Sequence record: MN453779.2
Reading direction: 5' to 3' (one strand)
DNA length: 64,000 nt
The notes beneath the pieces were generated by a model. It made no database searches. It worked only from the letters and a program-made list of their open reading frames with translations, and was not told the origin of the DNA. The position numbers and the translations under genes were made by a program. The first letter of the stretch is position 1; every line of letters begins with the position of its first letter. Shown here one piece after another: positions 1 through 10,458 of this stretch.

Positions 1-903
1 TTACGGCATGTAGTTTGGGTTAGAAATACCGCGTTTATCTTCAGCCATCATCTCGGTAAGACCGCCATCACGCAGTGCTTGCAGAGTAGCAGTAGGCTGT
101 TTGAAGCCAGCAGGAGCCGCACGACCACTTGGGTTGTACATCGGCATACGCTTCATTACACTACGCGCAATCTCTTTAGCAGCATAGGTGTCAAACTCGA
201 TCAGGCCAGTGAACTCAGTGTTGATTTCACGGACTTTACCTGCCGGAGAATCTACATCATAACTGAACTCATACTGAGGACCTTCCTTAGGCATTTGCGC
301 AAGGACAATCGCGGCATGACGTACATCTTGCCAGTTACGGGTAGGCTCGAAGTAAACAGAACTTGCAGAGATTTCATCAAGCAGAAGTTCACCACCATAA
401 TTCAAAGTGATAATCTTCGGATGATGGATAACTGGATCATTAAGCAGGTAACTGATCCAAGCATCAAACAGTTTGGAGAACGGTTCACCTTCAGGATCAA
501 GTGCATTATGACTGATAGTACCAAATTGACGGCTGGAACCAACTGGGAAGGAGAGTGTAGCGCCACCAGCCCAAGTGATATCATGGTAGTCAACAGAAGT
601 ACGAACGGTCAGACCTGACCAGTTACGGCTTCGAGTTTCCATGTAAGCGCGCAGCAAACCGTGGAGTTCTTTACCACCAGGCATTGCGGAGAATGCAGAT
701 GGGGTAGAGAGCATCACACAGTAAGGACGTTGCGATACATAAGGTTGTTCCTGGACATAACGGAAGTTGTTCGGAGCAAATCCGTACTGACCGCCGTTAG
801 CAGCATTGATCACCGGAGTATTACCGATATCAAACGCTCGCTGGAAATCGCTGTTGCCAGGAAGCAACATCTTATTATCCCGATGTGGGCTATTAGTAGA
901 CAT
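1..903 (-). CDS. Putative tail tube protein (phiKZ gp30-like)
   Basis: 300-aa ORF directly downstream of the sheath gene on the same strand. Size and position match the sheath-tube pair of phiKZ-like phages. Confidence 0.65.
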   Translation of the reverse strand: MSTNSPHRDNKMLLPGNSDFQRAFDIGNTPVINAANGGQYGFAPNNFRYVQEQPYVSQRPYCVMLSTPSAFSAMPGGKELHGLLRAYMETRSRNWSGLTVRTSVDYHDITWAGGATLSFPVGSSRQFGTISHNALDPEGEPFSKLFDAWISYLLNDPVIHHPKIITLNYGGELLLDEISASSVYFEPTRNWQDVRHAAIVLAQMPKEGPQYEFSYDVDSPAGKVREINTEFTGLIEFDTYAAKEIARSVMKRMPMYNPSGRAAPAGFKQPTATLQALRDGGLTEMMAEDKRGISNPNYMP

Positions 904-913
904 TGACTATTCC

Positions 914-3112
914 TTATTGAGCGGTCAGACTTGTCTCGTTATAGGCTTCCAGTACGGAGTTCATCATATAAACACCTTTGGAGAACCACAGACGAGTAGT
1001 CGTGTACATGACAGATTTACCGTTAGGTTCATCTTCCCGGAAACCTGGTTCAACTTCCCAGTTAACGATGACAGAACCAAACTTCTCACGGATATCTTTC
1101 TCAGCTGTATCTTTAACAAAGGCAATATAACCTTGTTGACGATACTGAGTGTCACCAGAGATCTTGATCCAAGTGTCCTGAAGTACCTTCTCCACACAGA
1201 CACATTTCCAAACGTTGGAAAGGTCTTTCAGTACAGAGTCGGTGTTATCATAAACAGTCGGCAGAGCCGGTCGGCAATACTGAGAAGTATTCAAAGGAGT
1301 TACCGAGATAGCACCTTTGGTGAGGTTGTTAGCAGCCGGATCATCATCTTCAAACTGAACCAGTGGATCGTGAGCAACGCGCAGGGTGCGGTTACCTTCG
1401 TGATCAGGCATTCGATCACCGTAGATCTTGCCATCGTTACCACCACCTGCATAAGCAAATGCGTACATGGTATCGATGTTCAGAGAGAAGCGACCAAAAG
1501 TCGGTTCATCGATGATGCGACAATCCCACATGTTAATCGCTGCGCGACAAGCATGAGATTGGAAAGTCTCAGATTCCGGATACATGACAATCTTAGAGTT
1601 CAACGATTCCATAGTGGAATAGAGTTGCTCTTGAGATTTCTTCTTCAGATATTCAGTTGCACACAGTACAACAATGATATCTTTACGAACACCCAGGAAA
1701 TCGATCAGTGCATCTTTAACCGCTTCATTATAACCAACGTCCCACATAAAGGAAGTACGGTTACGAATGACGTCTTTGACATCCAAAGAACGACGGTAAG
1801 AAACAAAGTAAGCTTCCAGCAGAGATTGGTTCATGTACCAATATTGCTTATGACTTACAATAGCCGGAGAGCTGGTATTGGGAACCCAAACACCATCAAC
1901 TTCAGTAGTCCAGTCGGCGGGAGCGTCCGGGTACTTACCAGTTTTATCAGCATAGGGGTTAATACCACCGTTAGCTTGCAAGTAACTGTTCAGACCGACA
2001 CGAGTACCTTTGAGCTTGGAAGGAACATCTACCAGACCACCGAAGACGATGTGGTGATAATTCTTACCATAATGGTTAACCAAACTCAGCGGGTTCATGA
2101 TCGCTCCTTGGGGAAGGACATCGGTCTTGATCACCGGGGGAGTTTGTTTACCATCACCATATTCAGCTGCATACAGTTTAGTACAAACATCGTTCAGATA
2201 GTTGGTATAAACATGAGCAGATTCAAACGGTGCCGCTTTATCTTCCACTGGACGGTTTACTTGACGACCGGTGAAACGATCCAGACCACCTTGTACAGAA
2301 TAACGAACGTTATTAGCGCCAACGCTATTGAACAGGGTAATAACGGAATCGGGAGAACCGATAGTAGTAGTTGCTGGTACACGGATTCCACTAGAAAGTA
2401 GCTCACCGATGTTCATGGTGAACGGATATGCACCGTAGTTGATTACAAAACGCGCGATCTCATTCCAGTCGGTACCAAAAGAGTGACCAATGGCTGCATA
2501 CATTGCGTTGTAGCTATCGCCAATGCCTGAGAGTAACTCAAACAGCGGATAGAACGTCCCCGCGGTATCAGCAGGAACTGCTTTACCAGCAGGAGCGATA
2601 ACTTCGAAACTCTTAACCTCTCCTACAGCGGTAGCTTGATCGACAAACATGGTTGCCGGAGAAACAAAGATACCAGGAACAGTAGGAGTGTCTTCATCTA
2701 CCTTTGGATTACCTGCAATGTCAAGCACATAGTCATCACGGGAATCACGTTCGTAGTTAGGAACAGGAACACCTTCGAAGAGAACAACCCCGAGAATAGT
2801 ACGCGCTACTTCGACGTTATTAGTGAGACGCTTAAAGCTGAAAGAAGCTTGCGCTGCAGACCCAAGCTTTTGAATAGCGACCGCGATCGGGTTATAAAAC
2901 GGACCATACGGATCCATTACATCACCGAACTTCTCTTTGAAGTCAGCGACCGCGACTGTATCGCGTTTAGTCGGGCCCCGAGGGGTGACCATAGCGAAGT
3001 CAGGAAAGTGAGCAGGAGAGGCGAAAACGGGGATTGGATTAGTAAGATTTTCTTTGCTAACAATACCTTCGTTTACCACTTTTCCCGGAATCACTTTATT
3101 AAAAGTAGTCAT
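914..3112 (-). CDS. Tail sheath protein (phiKZ gp29-like)
   Basis: 732 aa with sheath-like N-terminus (TPRGPT...F...FG) and C-terminal WDVGY and PALPTVY segments. Strong codon bias. Divergent from the three-virion-gene/terminase block, as in phiKZ. Confidence 0.8.
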   Translation of the reverse strand: MTTFNKVIPGKVVNEGIVSKENLTNPIPVFASPAHFPDFAMVTPRGPTKRDTVAVADFKEKFGDVMDPYGPFYNPIAVAIQKLGSAAQASFSFKRLTNNVEVARTILGVVLFEGVPVPNYERDSRDDYVLDIAGNPKVDEDTPTVPGIFVSPATMFVDQATAVGEVKSFEVIAPAGKAVPADTAGTFYPLFELLSGIGDSYNAMYAAIGHSFGTDWNEIARFVINYGAYPFTMNIGELLSSGIRVPATTTIGSPDSVITLFNSVGANNVRYSVQGGLDRFTGRQVNRPVEDKAAPFESAHVYTNYLNDVCTKLYAAEYGDGKQTPPVIKTDVLPQGAIMNPLSLVNHYGKNYHHIVFGGLVDVPSKLKGTRVGLNSYLQANGGINPYADKTGKYPDAPADWTTEVDGVWVPNTSSPAIVSHKQYWYMNQSLLEAYFVSYRRSLDVKDVIRNRTSFMWDVGYNEAVKDALIDFLGVRKDIIVVLCATEYLKKKSQEQLYSTMESLNSKIVMYPESETFQSHACRAAINMWDCRIIDEPTFGRFSLNIDTMYAFAYAGGGNDGKIYGDRMPDHEGNRTLRVAHDPLVQFEDDDPAANNLTKGAISVTPLNTSQYCRPALPTVYDNTDSVLKDLSNVWKCVCVEKVLQDTWIKISGDTQYRQQGYIAFVKDTAEKDIREKFGSVIVNWEVEPGFREDEPNGKSVMYTTTRLWFSKGVYMMNSVLEAYNETSLTAQ

Positions 3113-3226
3113 ACTCGACTCCGAAATTATGTTGGATTTTTTTGATCAAAAAAATCAATCGTATGACCTTACGGCCACTAGATGGTTTAACGTTAATACG
3201 CATAACATTATTTTGGGACTAGACCT

Positions 3227-4102
3227 ATGATTATAAATGGTTACGACACCACAGTCGGTAGTCGTTTTAAAGTAAAAGACAAAGCAACTGAAACCATTCG
3301 AATGCTCCAAAGTAGCGATAAATTGGAGTTGGTGGATCAACGTGGGGTTTACGCAATCTCTCACAAGAATGATTACAATCTTCCTCCTTTTATCTTCCCT
3401 ATTTCCACGCAAAACTACATGCGTGAAAAAGTAACTATTTTTGATCAACGTCCGTACATTAATAAGGAAGGTAGAAACGTTAATCTTCCCGAATATAATG
3501 TCATGTTGTTAGCTGCCTGTTTGCAACAAGATCTGCAAAACAATCAAACCACTTTGATCAAATCAGTTCGTCCATTTACTATCAAAGCATTCGCTAATGC
3601 AATGGGTCGTAAACTGGAACGCATGGTAATGCTGGACGTGAATCAATCTATGGTGGTTCGCGTCATCCTAGCTTATTATTATGTTTGTCTTCTGGAAAAT
3701 AGTCGAGATGACTTTGCATTCGTAGCCCAGAACAGCATTCATGGTGCGCTGCGTTTTCCTATTCCTTTTATCCAAGAGACAATCAAAGATTTGGGTTTTG
3801 TTAACACTCTTCCAGAACTACTGAAGGCACTGACCACTCATCCTGCTTTGCAATCTCTTTCTCGTTTGGATCTTCCAGGTCTGGTACAAGCTGGCACCAC
3901 CATCTTCTTTTCTACCTCTGGGTTTAAACAACTCATGGGTGCTGCACTAGAGATGCCTGCATTGTTCACTGCTCTGTGCTGGGGTGCTGCTACTCAACGT
4001 ATTTACCAAAACACTATGATTGGTGAAGAGTTGAACGTAAAGCAAGACAAACGTGTAGAGACCTTCATCAGTACTGTTGGATATTATTTTAAATCAGCCT
4101 AA
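3227..4102 (+). CDS. Virion structural protein (phiKZ gp28-like)
   Basis: 291-aa ORF, first gene of the block between sheath and terminase. Assigned by synteny. Confidence 0.5.
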   Translation: MIINGYDTTVGSRFKVKDKATETIRMLQSSDKLELVDQRGVYAISHKNDYNLPPFIFPISTQNYMREKVTIFDQRPYINKEGRNVNLPEYNVMLLAACLQQDLQNNQTTLIKSVRPFTIKAFANAMGRKLERMVMLDVNQSMVVRVILAYYYVCLLENSRDDFAFVAQNSIHGALRFPIPFIQETIKDLGFVNTLPELLKALTTHPALQSLSRLDLPGLVQAGTTIFFSTSGFKQLMGAALEMPALFTALCWGAATQRIYQNTMIGEELNVKQDKRVETFISTVGYYFKSA

Positions 4103-4118
4103 TCAACTGGGGTAATCC

Positions 4119-6935
4119 ATGACAGCTTATGTTGCTTCGCACACCCAGGAGAATAATCCACTTGTCGATTATGCATTTAACACGATGTGGGGTAATCCAG
4201 AATTGGATTCTCAATATCAACTTAAGCTTGCTCGGGTTTCTCCAGCGCTTGGTTATGTGAATAACTTCTTCTATATGGGGAAGTCGTTTACACTACCAAG
4301 TGAAGGTGTGTTTTATCATGTCTTTTCAATGGGTGGTTTAGACCTCGACTACTGGAATATGGGTAGTCGAGGCAATCACTGGTATCCGTTTAATACTTGG
4401 GTGAAAGCTTCCACTATTTCTCATGATCGTGGTGTTGGGTTGGATGTTTATAATAGCAAAGGTAGAATCTTTCCAAGAACTCATACCTATATTTTAAACA
4501 CCTTCGAGGGGAACACTTTTGTAGCATTCCCTATTAATGGTAATTATCCAATTCCTGTTAGTAGTAACATGTATATTCGTTGTTACACGACAGATATTAA
4601 CACTGCGATTATTCCAAGTGATCAACAAGTTAAATGGCGATTTGGTTATTCTGGGGTAGAGTTTGTAACTGGTTCTGATTTAACCAATTTGAAGAATCAT
4701 TACAATGCTTATTTAGCTTATGGTATTGGGAAAGTCACTTTCTTTGTAAATGGTGTTATTACTGATATTAGTAAGTATGTTGGTCGTATTGGTGATCTGT
4801 TAGAAGTTTACTACGATCCAACTATCAAAATGGAAGTAAAGTACCAGTACGGTAGTTTGAATGACTATTACTCTGAGAAAGATAGTAAACGAAAACTATT
4901 AATTTTCCCAGGGTTTACTGACAAACCTCGTAAATACCAGTACTTTGATGATTGTGAGTTCTTCGTAGTTAATCGGTTAACTGGGCTAGGTCTGTATTAT
5001 CATCGTAATAGTCAAGATGCTATTCGTCAGTTAACTCATCAGGATTATGGATTAACTTCTGACTACGTAAGTTTCTTGATTAGTGAACTTATTGGGTTGA
5101 GTAAAGGTAAAGCAACTGAGAATGATTTCGATGTTGTAGTTCGTTACAGAGATACTAAGTGGCAATTTAATCTAGGTCCCAATACTAGTCGTATTAATGA
5201 TCTTTACTTACTGGAAGATCCAGCAGTAATTCTTCAGGCGATGATTGGACCTCATGCTACTGTAAAAGAGTGGACTCCAAGTGAATTGGAGAAAGCTCCT
5301 TGTAACTATGTGCTCAACTCTATTGCACCAAAGATCACCACTGAACGTGTAAGAGACGCTTTAGGTTACAATGGTTGTTCTACAGCTCTGTCTGATTCAC
5401 CTCTGTATATGCCGTTCATTACTCCTGGTGATCCAGCCTTTGAAGATATCTTCCCAACACCACCTTATACTTCTGGGTTAGGATATCGTATTCCTGCTAG
5501 TTATGTTGAATCATCTACGGCTTATGAGTATAACAAAGATGGATTATATATCCGTAAGAGTTCTATTCGTAATAGTGAATGGTTTAAACCAGGCCAGGAT
5601 ACTCACTACGTGGAGTTTGTAGTAGGTCAGGCCAGTACATGGTTAGACTATGAAATTAGCAGGGTAGATGTCCAAGCTAGACCTGGTTATGGATTCCGGG
5701 TATTTAAAGCAGGCTGGATTATTGATGATAATCCAGAGCCCACACCAGATACTAGTTTGTTTGCTAATGAAGTAGCAATTACTTCTGACGGTAATGACAT
5801 CTATCCTAGTCCCACAGAGTTAAGCATTGGTGGTGATTTAACATTAGCTAATCCAGTTGGACCTGTGACCACAGGTAGACCAGATGGCAAGTGGGTCGAC
5901 ATTACTGACAGTAATGAATACCAAGTTATCGATGGTGTTATTAAATGGAAGTTCGATACCAACAACCACGTTGGATTAGTTATCTTTGATACCATTCATT
6001 TGTATAACGAATTTGATCTAACACATGTTGATAATTCCGTTTACTTTGGTATTACGCACCAGTGGGAAATTGGTGGTGTTCTAGCTACTATGGAACCTGG
6101 TCAACTTGATGTCTGGTGTAATGGACATCCATTGATTGAGAACGTGGACTATAAGGTAGAATATCCTTATGTATACATAATCTCTAAAATGTGGTTAGAT
6201 CAATCTGGTACAAACAAGTTTGCTTATCGTGGACGAGGACTCAGTGCTGGTGGTTTGATCCCATCTAGTGAACTGGGTTTTGTAATGGATGGAGTGATTG
6301 GGCACAACGGTCGTTATAATCTTCGCATAGATCGTCCCACAAAGACTATTATTAACGGTAGACTTTGGATCACCTCTGCAATTGATCAAGCTGAAGATAT
6401 TCATCACGGAACTAATGTAGCTGTATTGAACGGATTCCCCTATGAGGTAAAACACATCTACTGTGATAATAAGTATGTTGAACAGTGTGATTTACATTGG
6501 GGATTTAAAGAATCCAGAGAGCTTGATAAGAAGGTTAGTGACTACTTGACAGAACACGTTAAGTACAAACCTAAAGCTCCTGTTAATTATCCGTATCTTC
6601 AGGAAGACCGTTATAGACTCTTTAGTCCATTCTTAAGTCAAATTGTAAATGAACTGATCTTAGGTTTCTTACCGACTCCTACGCCTAGCGATACGCCGAT
6701 TAAATATCCAGACAGTGTAATTGATAATTTAACTCGTCCTTATCAATGGTTGTTGAAGTTTGATCCGATTAAACTTAACATGGATTTGAGATTCTTCTCT
6801 GTTCATCCTTACAGTAATCTTACTCGTCCAACTGTTACTCCTAATCAATTAACAATTATCTCTCGAGTTAACGATTTGTATCTCGATGGTAAGTTGAAGA
6901 TTGAAGGTTTCTTTGAGGTATCGTCTAATGTTTGA
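4119..6935 (+). CDS. Large virion structural protein (phiKZ gp27-like)
   Basis: 938-aa ORF, GGGGT RBS, Y/N/G-rich and beta-rich composition. Assigned by synteny. Confidence 0.5.
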   Translation: MTAYVASHTQENNPLVDYAFNTMWGNPELDSQYQLKLARVSPALGYVNNFFYMGKSFTLPSEGVFYHVFSMGGLDLDYWNMGSRGNHWYPFNTWVKASTISHDRGVGLDVYNSKGRIFPRTHTYILNTFEGNTFVAFPINGNYPIPVSSNMYIRCYTTDINTAIIPSDQQVKWRFGYSGVEFVTGSDLTNLKNHYNAYLAYGIGKVTFFVNGVITDISKYVGRIGDLLEVYYDPTIKMEVKYQYGSLNDYYSEKDSKRKLLIFPGFTDKPRKYQYFDDCEFFVVNRLTGLGLYYHRNSQDAIRQLTHQDYGLTSDYVSFLISELIGLSKGKATENDFDVVVRYRDTKWQFNLGPNTSRINDLYLLEDPAVILQAMIGPHATVKEWTPSELEKAPCNYVLNSIAPKITTERVRDALGYNGCSTALSDSPLYMPFITPGDPAFEDIFPTPPYTSGLGYRIPASYVESSTAYEYNKDGLYIRKSSIRNSEWFKPGQDTHYVEFVVGQASTWLDYEISRVDVQARPGYGFRVFKAGWIIDDNPEPTPDTSLFANEVAITSDGNDIYPSPTELSIGGDLTLANPVGPVTTGRPDGKWVDITDSNEYQVIDGVIKWKFDTNNHVGLVIFDTIHLYNEFDLTHVDNSVYFGITHQWEIGGVLATMEPGQLDVWCNGHPLIENVDYKVEYPYVYIISKMWLDQSGTNKFAYRGRGLSAGGLIPSSELGFVMDGVIGHNGRYNLRIDRPTKTIINGRLWITSAIDQAEDIHHGTNVAVLNGFPYEVKHIYCDNKYVEQCDLHWGFKESRELDKKVSDYLTEHVKYKPKAPVNYPYLQEDRYRLFSPFLSQIVNELILGFLPTPTPSDTPIKYPDSVIDNLTRPYQWLLKFDPIKLNMDLRFFSVHPYSNLTRPTVTPNQLTIISRVNDLYLDGKLKIEGFFEVSSNV

Positions 6936-8667
6936 TGGACAACCAACGATTCCAGATACAAATGGAGTGTTCCCAGGGAACACTCCTAGTCGTCCTAATG
7001 GAGACGAACTAAAACGTGTTTGGTATATTGAACAGATTTATGATCCTGATGTTCACCCTGTTGAGGATATGACTAAGTACGTTGTTCCTTACGAAGGTGA
7101 GATCGTAATTGATCGTCCTGCTCACAAGTTTTACGAAGTTTCTCATGTAGATCGTTACGGAACTTGGAAAAGTACCTTTGTACCTTGGTATCCAATTCCA
7201 GAAACTAGCGAGAATGATTACTCTTTGTTCCCTAAGCACGAATACGGATTCCTACAGGGTGAATTAGCACTCTGTATCGATTACAGTGTTCGTCCTCCGG
7301 TTGCTAGGGTAGATGCTAACGCCACTGCTCCTGATGCTGCTTATGCGTTGCTGTACGAAGGTTCGGTGATTGGCGAAGCTGGCAAGATTATCTCTGCCAG
7401 ATATTCGGGTTCTGATCTGGTCGATAACCATATCTCTGTTTCTCCTGTTGTTATTGACAACTTGGAGAATAAGACCATCATGGGTGCTGATAGTTTCTCA
7501 GTTCAACTGAATGAAGCCGCGATGCCTAATGGTAAACGCTGTACTTTGGTTTATTACGATGTAGCAGGTAGACCCATTCCACCTACCTATTCAGTAGCAG
7601 TACAACACAGCGCATATCTGAAAGATCATCAACTGGGTCAACGTTACGTTAAATCCATTGAGTTGGTTTCCCCTTGGTTTACTAACTCTACACTTCCTAG
7701 TACCTTGTTTATTCCTATTAACTTGGCATTAAAAGCTGTAGAGTTTAGAGCGAAAGTTCATTATTCTGATGGTAGTTACGAAGAACATCCAGTAAACAGT
7801 TTTAATGGTGAATCTGGATTTACTTTGTCAGGGTTGGAACAATATAAACCAACTACCCCAGGTCAATCCACTAATGCGCTGGTATTGTCTTATGCTTACA
7901 AAAATAATGAGCAAGCTTATATCGCGCAGCCGGGTTCTCCCAAGCATACGTCAAACCGTTATACGATTGTTGCAACGACTGCTCAGGGCAGTTATAGTCC
8001 TCGTATTTACAGTTACCCTTATTGGGATCCTGCTGCTGGGTGGAAGCTTCGTCATTGGCTTACTGATCTGGATCGGCGGTATTGTCGAGATGTTACACAA
8101 CTGGTCACTCTGAATGAAGCAAGCCCCGCATTTGACGGTCGTAAATACGGTGAAGAACAAAACCTTATTTTCAACCTGAATATGCGGGATGTTTCTGCCA
8201 GTTATGAACCTTGGTCATTTGTCCAACATACTACTATCACATTGTACTCTGATGGAACAGTAGAGGGTCGTAAGTGGGATGTTCGACACTCATACGGGAA
8301 ACCTGCTTTCAATGCCTTGTCTGTTGAGTACATTGAACAAGTAGGTGGGAGCCAAATTGCTAAATTTGCTGGGATGGCTTCTTTGGAAGATTTCCTTAAC
8401 AAAGCGTATTATGGGTTTGACCCTATCTATGATCCGAGAACTGAAAGTAAAGCTTTAGTTCCCACTCATTTTGATTTGGTGAAGAACAATAATACCGCTA
8501 GAACCGGTATACCAATTGGGGAGTTTAACAACATTCCTGTAGGTGACTTGTCATTTAGTAATGGTGAAGGTGTCTATCTTCGTTGGACTCGTCGTGAAGC
8601 TTCAGGTAACGAACTACAGTTAGGTGTATCCGCTGGTGTCTGTAAGAAAGTAGTTGTTTACTCTTAA
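6928..8667 (+). CDS. Virion structural protein (phiKZ gp26-like)
   Basis: Start reassigned to the ATG at 6928, behind a GAGGT RBS and overlapping the upstream stop. About 579 aa. Assigned by synteny. Confidence 0.5.
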   Translation: MFDGQPTIPDTNGVFPGNTPSRPNGDELKRVWYIEQIYDPDVHPVEDMTKYVVPYEGEIVIDRPAHKFYEVSHVDRYGTWKSTFVPWYPIPETSENDYSLFPKHEYGFLQGELALCIDYSVRPPVARVDANATAPDAAYALLYEGSVIGEAGKIISARYSGSDLVDNHISVSPVVIDNLENKTIMGADSFSVQLNEAAMPNGKRCTLVYYDVAGRPIPPTYSVAVQHSAYLKDHQLGQRYVKSIELVSPWFTNSTLPSTLFIPINLALKAVEFRAKVHYSDGSYEEHPVNSFNGESGFTLSGLEQYKPTTPGQSTNALVLSYAYKNNEQAYIAQPGSPKHTSNRYTIVATTAQGSYSPRIYSYPYWDPAAGWKLRHWLTDLDRRYCRDVTQLVTLNEASPAFDGRKYGEEQNLIFNLNMRDVSASYEPWSFVQHTTITLYSDGTVEGRKWDVRHSYGKPAFNALSVEYIEQVGGSQIAKFAGMASLEDFLNKAYYGFDPIYDPRTESKALVPTHFDLVKNNNTARTGIPIGEFNNIPVGDLSFSNGEGVYLRWTRREASGNELQLGVSAGVCKKVVVYS

Positions 8668-8677
8668 TTCATAATAA

Positions 8678-8709
8678 GCTAACTCTAGACCTCGAGGTCT
8701 AGAGTTAGC
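8678..8709. terminator. Intrinsic terminator hairpin
   Basis: GCTAACTCTAGACCT-cg-AGGTCTAGAGTTAGC perfect inverted repeat after the virion block. Confidence 0.75.
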
Positions 8710-8734
8710 AATATGTTTGTTACTTTTAAGATCC

Positions 8735-8768
8735 ACATATTTTCAAACCTATATTACTATAGTGTATA
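8735..8768 (+). promoter_or_regulatory. phiKZ-type early promoter (TATATTAC core at 8750-8757)
   Basis: TTTTCAAACCTATATTACTATAGTG. Related motifs recur with cores at 14173, 24004, 30885, 35416, 42430, 44806, 51683, 57139 and 62321. Confidence 0.8.
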
Positions 8769-8818
8769 GATAAGAAAGTTATTTTAACTTCTTTCACCTT
8801 TAAGTATAGATAAGGAAT

Positions 8819-9778
8819 ATGATTATGTCTAAGCAAATCAAAATTGAAGTACCGGCCAATGTTTCTGGTATGGATGTTTGGAAAGCATTTCAAGCTAAAG
8901 GTAAACCAGTTCTTGAAATCAGTGAAGATGAGTGGGTCGGTGCAAGTGGCGCTACGGAGTACTTTGACCACTGGGATACTCTTTCCACTCAAGGTCATAA
9001 AGTGGCACTGGGGATTGATCATCATGGTCGGCACGTCATTATGATCAGGAATGAAGGATTTATCTTCCAGCGTTATTCTGACAGCAGCCAAACCTGGGTT
9101 CTGAATGGTGCTAATGAATTCCGCAATAAAGTCAGTCACGCTGAAGTGGGACTTGACGGCTGGAAATATATCTGCGAACGGTTCAAAGTTCAACCTGTTG
9201 TTGAATCTGAACCCGCCATTGTAGATCAAGGTGAGGAGAAAGAAATGGCTCCTAAAGATAAAGTGATCAATATCACTGTTACCAATGAACAAGCACAATC
9301 CGAACCCACCCAAATTAAGGAAGAAACCAAAATGAACACCACCACTCAAACTACTTCTGCACTGAACCTGAACTCCGACATGAACAACGCAGCGCCTGCT
9401 GTATCCACCAACACTGACAACCTAGGTATCGACACTACCACAGGAATCCTGGTAGCTGCTGGTGCTGCACTGGGCACCTGTCTGGGTATTCAATACACTG
9501 AAAACCGCTTCGATCTGACCTCCAATGTAATCACCGGCGCTGCTGTTACTCTGGCTGCAGCAGCATCCTTCGGTGCAGCTAAAGCTGGTCTGAATGAGAA
9601 ACTCGGTACCTACACCGGCATAGCTTCTCATGCGGCTCTGGGTGCTCTGGTGGGTGGTGTAACAGCCCAAGGTATGAAGTTTGGCGCCGACAAGTACCTC
9701 CCAACTCTGGAGCTTCAAGATGACACTACTGAACAAGCTCTGATCGAAGTGACGGAACTTCCTGTACTGGAAGCTTAA
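8819..9778 (+). CDS. Early protein with C-terminal hydrophobic (membrane) helices
   Basis: 319 aa, follows an early promoter and AAGGA RBS. Three Ala/Gly-rich hydrophobic segments in the last 120 aa. High-expression codon usage. Confidence 0.7.
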   Translation: MIMSKQIKIEVPANVSGMDVWKAFQAKGKPVLEISEDEWVGASGATEYFDHWDTLSTQGHKVALGIDHHGRHVIMIRNEGFIFQRYSDSSQTWVLNGANEFRNKVSHAEVGLDGWKYICERFKVQPVVESEPAIVDQGEEKEMAPKDKVINITVTNEQAQSEPTQIKEETKMNTTTQTTSALNLNSDMNNAAPAVSTNTDNLGIDTTTGILVAAGAALGTCLGIQYTENRFDLTSNVITGAAVTLAAAASFGAAKAGLNEKLGTYTGIASHAALGALVGGVTAQGMKFGADKYLPTLELQDDTTEQALIEVTELPVLEA

Positions 9779-9845
9779 TTAAATCGGACCTATAGTTTTC
9801 ACCATAGGTCCATTAATTTATATTTTTTAATTCTAGAGGTGTAAA

Positions 9846-10322
9846 ATGACTAAACGTTTCCATACCGTTCTTATCACTTCAGCCAATACCGCAACTATTA
9901 CTGATATCAGAACAAACGGTAAATTAAACATCACCTTTACCGGTAAAGTATTAAAAACCTGTGATGACTTTTTAGATTTCATCAATGAACTTCAAGAATG
10001 TCTTTGGGAAAAGAAAACATTGATCCTTGAGCTTTTTGGTGAATCACATATCTATTTCGACTGGATGATTGTGTTGGATGGGTCTGTGAGTTTGCGCGAT
10101 TGCGAACTTCACAATACCGATCTGGAAAACGTAAAACTCTCTAATGTAAACGTCAGGCTATGGAAAAACGCTATCATTAAATACAGTGAAATGGAGAACC
10201 AGGTTCTTCAGCATGAAGGTGGTGACCTGATGGTTAGATTCTGTTCTAGTGAGAGTACTAAACTTTCTTCTCTATTCTCAGATGACACTTTGATCATGTT
10301 TGACCAAGTACATACACGTTAA
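9846..10322 (+). CDS. Hypothetical protein, paralog of 33319-33783
   Basis: GAGGT RBS. Shares the (I/L)N(E/D)..L..K.LILELFG motif with 33319-33783. Confidence 0.65.
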   Translation: MTKRFHTVLITSANTATITDIRTNGKLNITFTGKVLKTCDDFLDFINELQECLWEKKTLILELFGESHIYFDWMIVLDGSVSLRDCELHNTDLENVKLSNVNVRLWKNAIIKYSEMENQVLQHEGGDLMVRFCSSESTKLSSLFSDDTLIMFDQVHTR

Positions 10323-10329
10323 CCTAGTT

Positions 10330-10359
10330 AACCTCTACTCCCAATTGGGAGTAGAGGTT
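10330..10359. terminator. Terminator hairpin, CTCTACTCCC family
   Basis: AACCTCTACTCCC-aatt-GGGAGTAGAGGTT followed by a T run. Confidence 0.8.
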
Positions 10360-10458
10360 TTTTAATACTTTATTTATTTTTCTTTAAAACTTTATTACAG
10401 ATGCTATGGAAACCAAGACAGTCTGGTGAAGTATTATATTCTAAACTAGGATTTACCA

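Noticed and set aside
806-2401. 531-aa plus-strand ORF (also 79-618)
   Set aside because: Antisense shadow of the codon-biased sheath and tube genes. No RBS and no protein-like motifs.
3113-3226. Late (TATG-type) promoters between the divergent sheath and virion genes
   Set aside because: The motif is too short to distinguish from chance without transcription-start data.
8726-9736. Minus-strand ORFs 8726-9349 and 9422-9736
   Set aside because: Antisense to the well-supported early gene 8819-9778.
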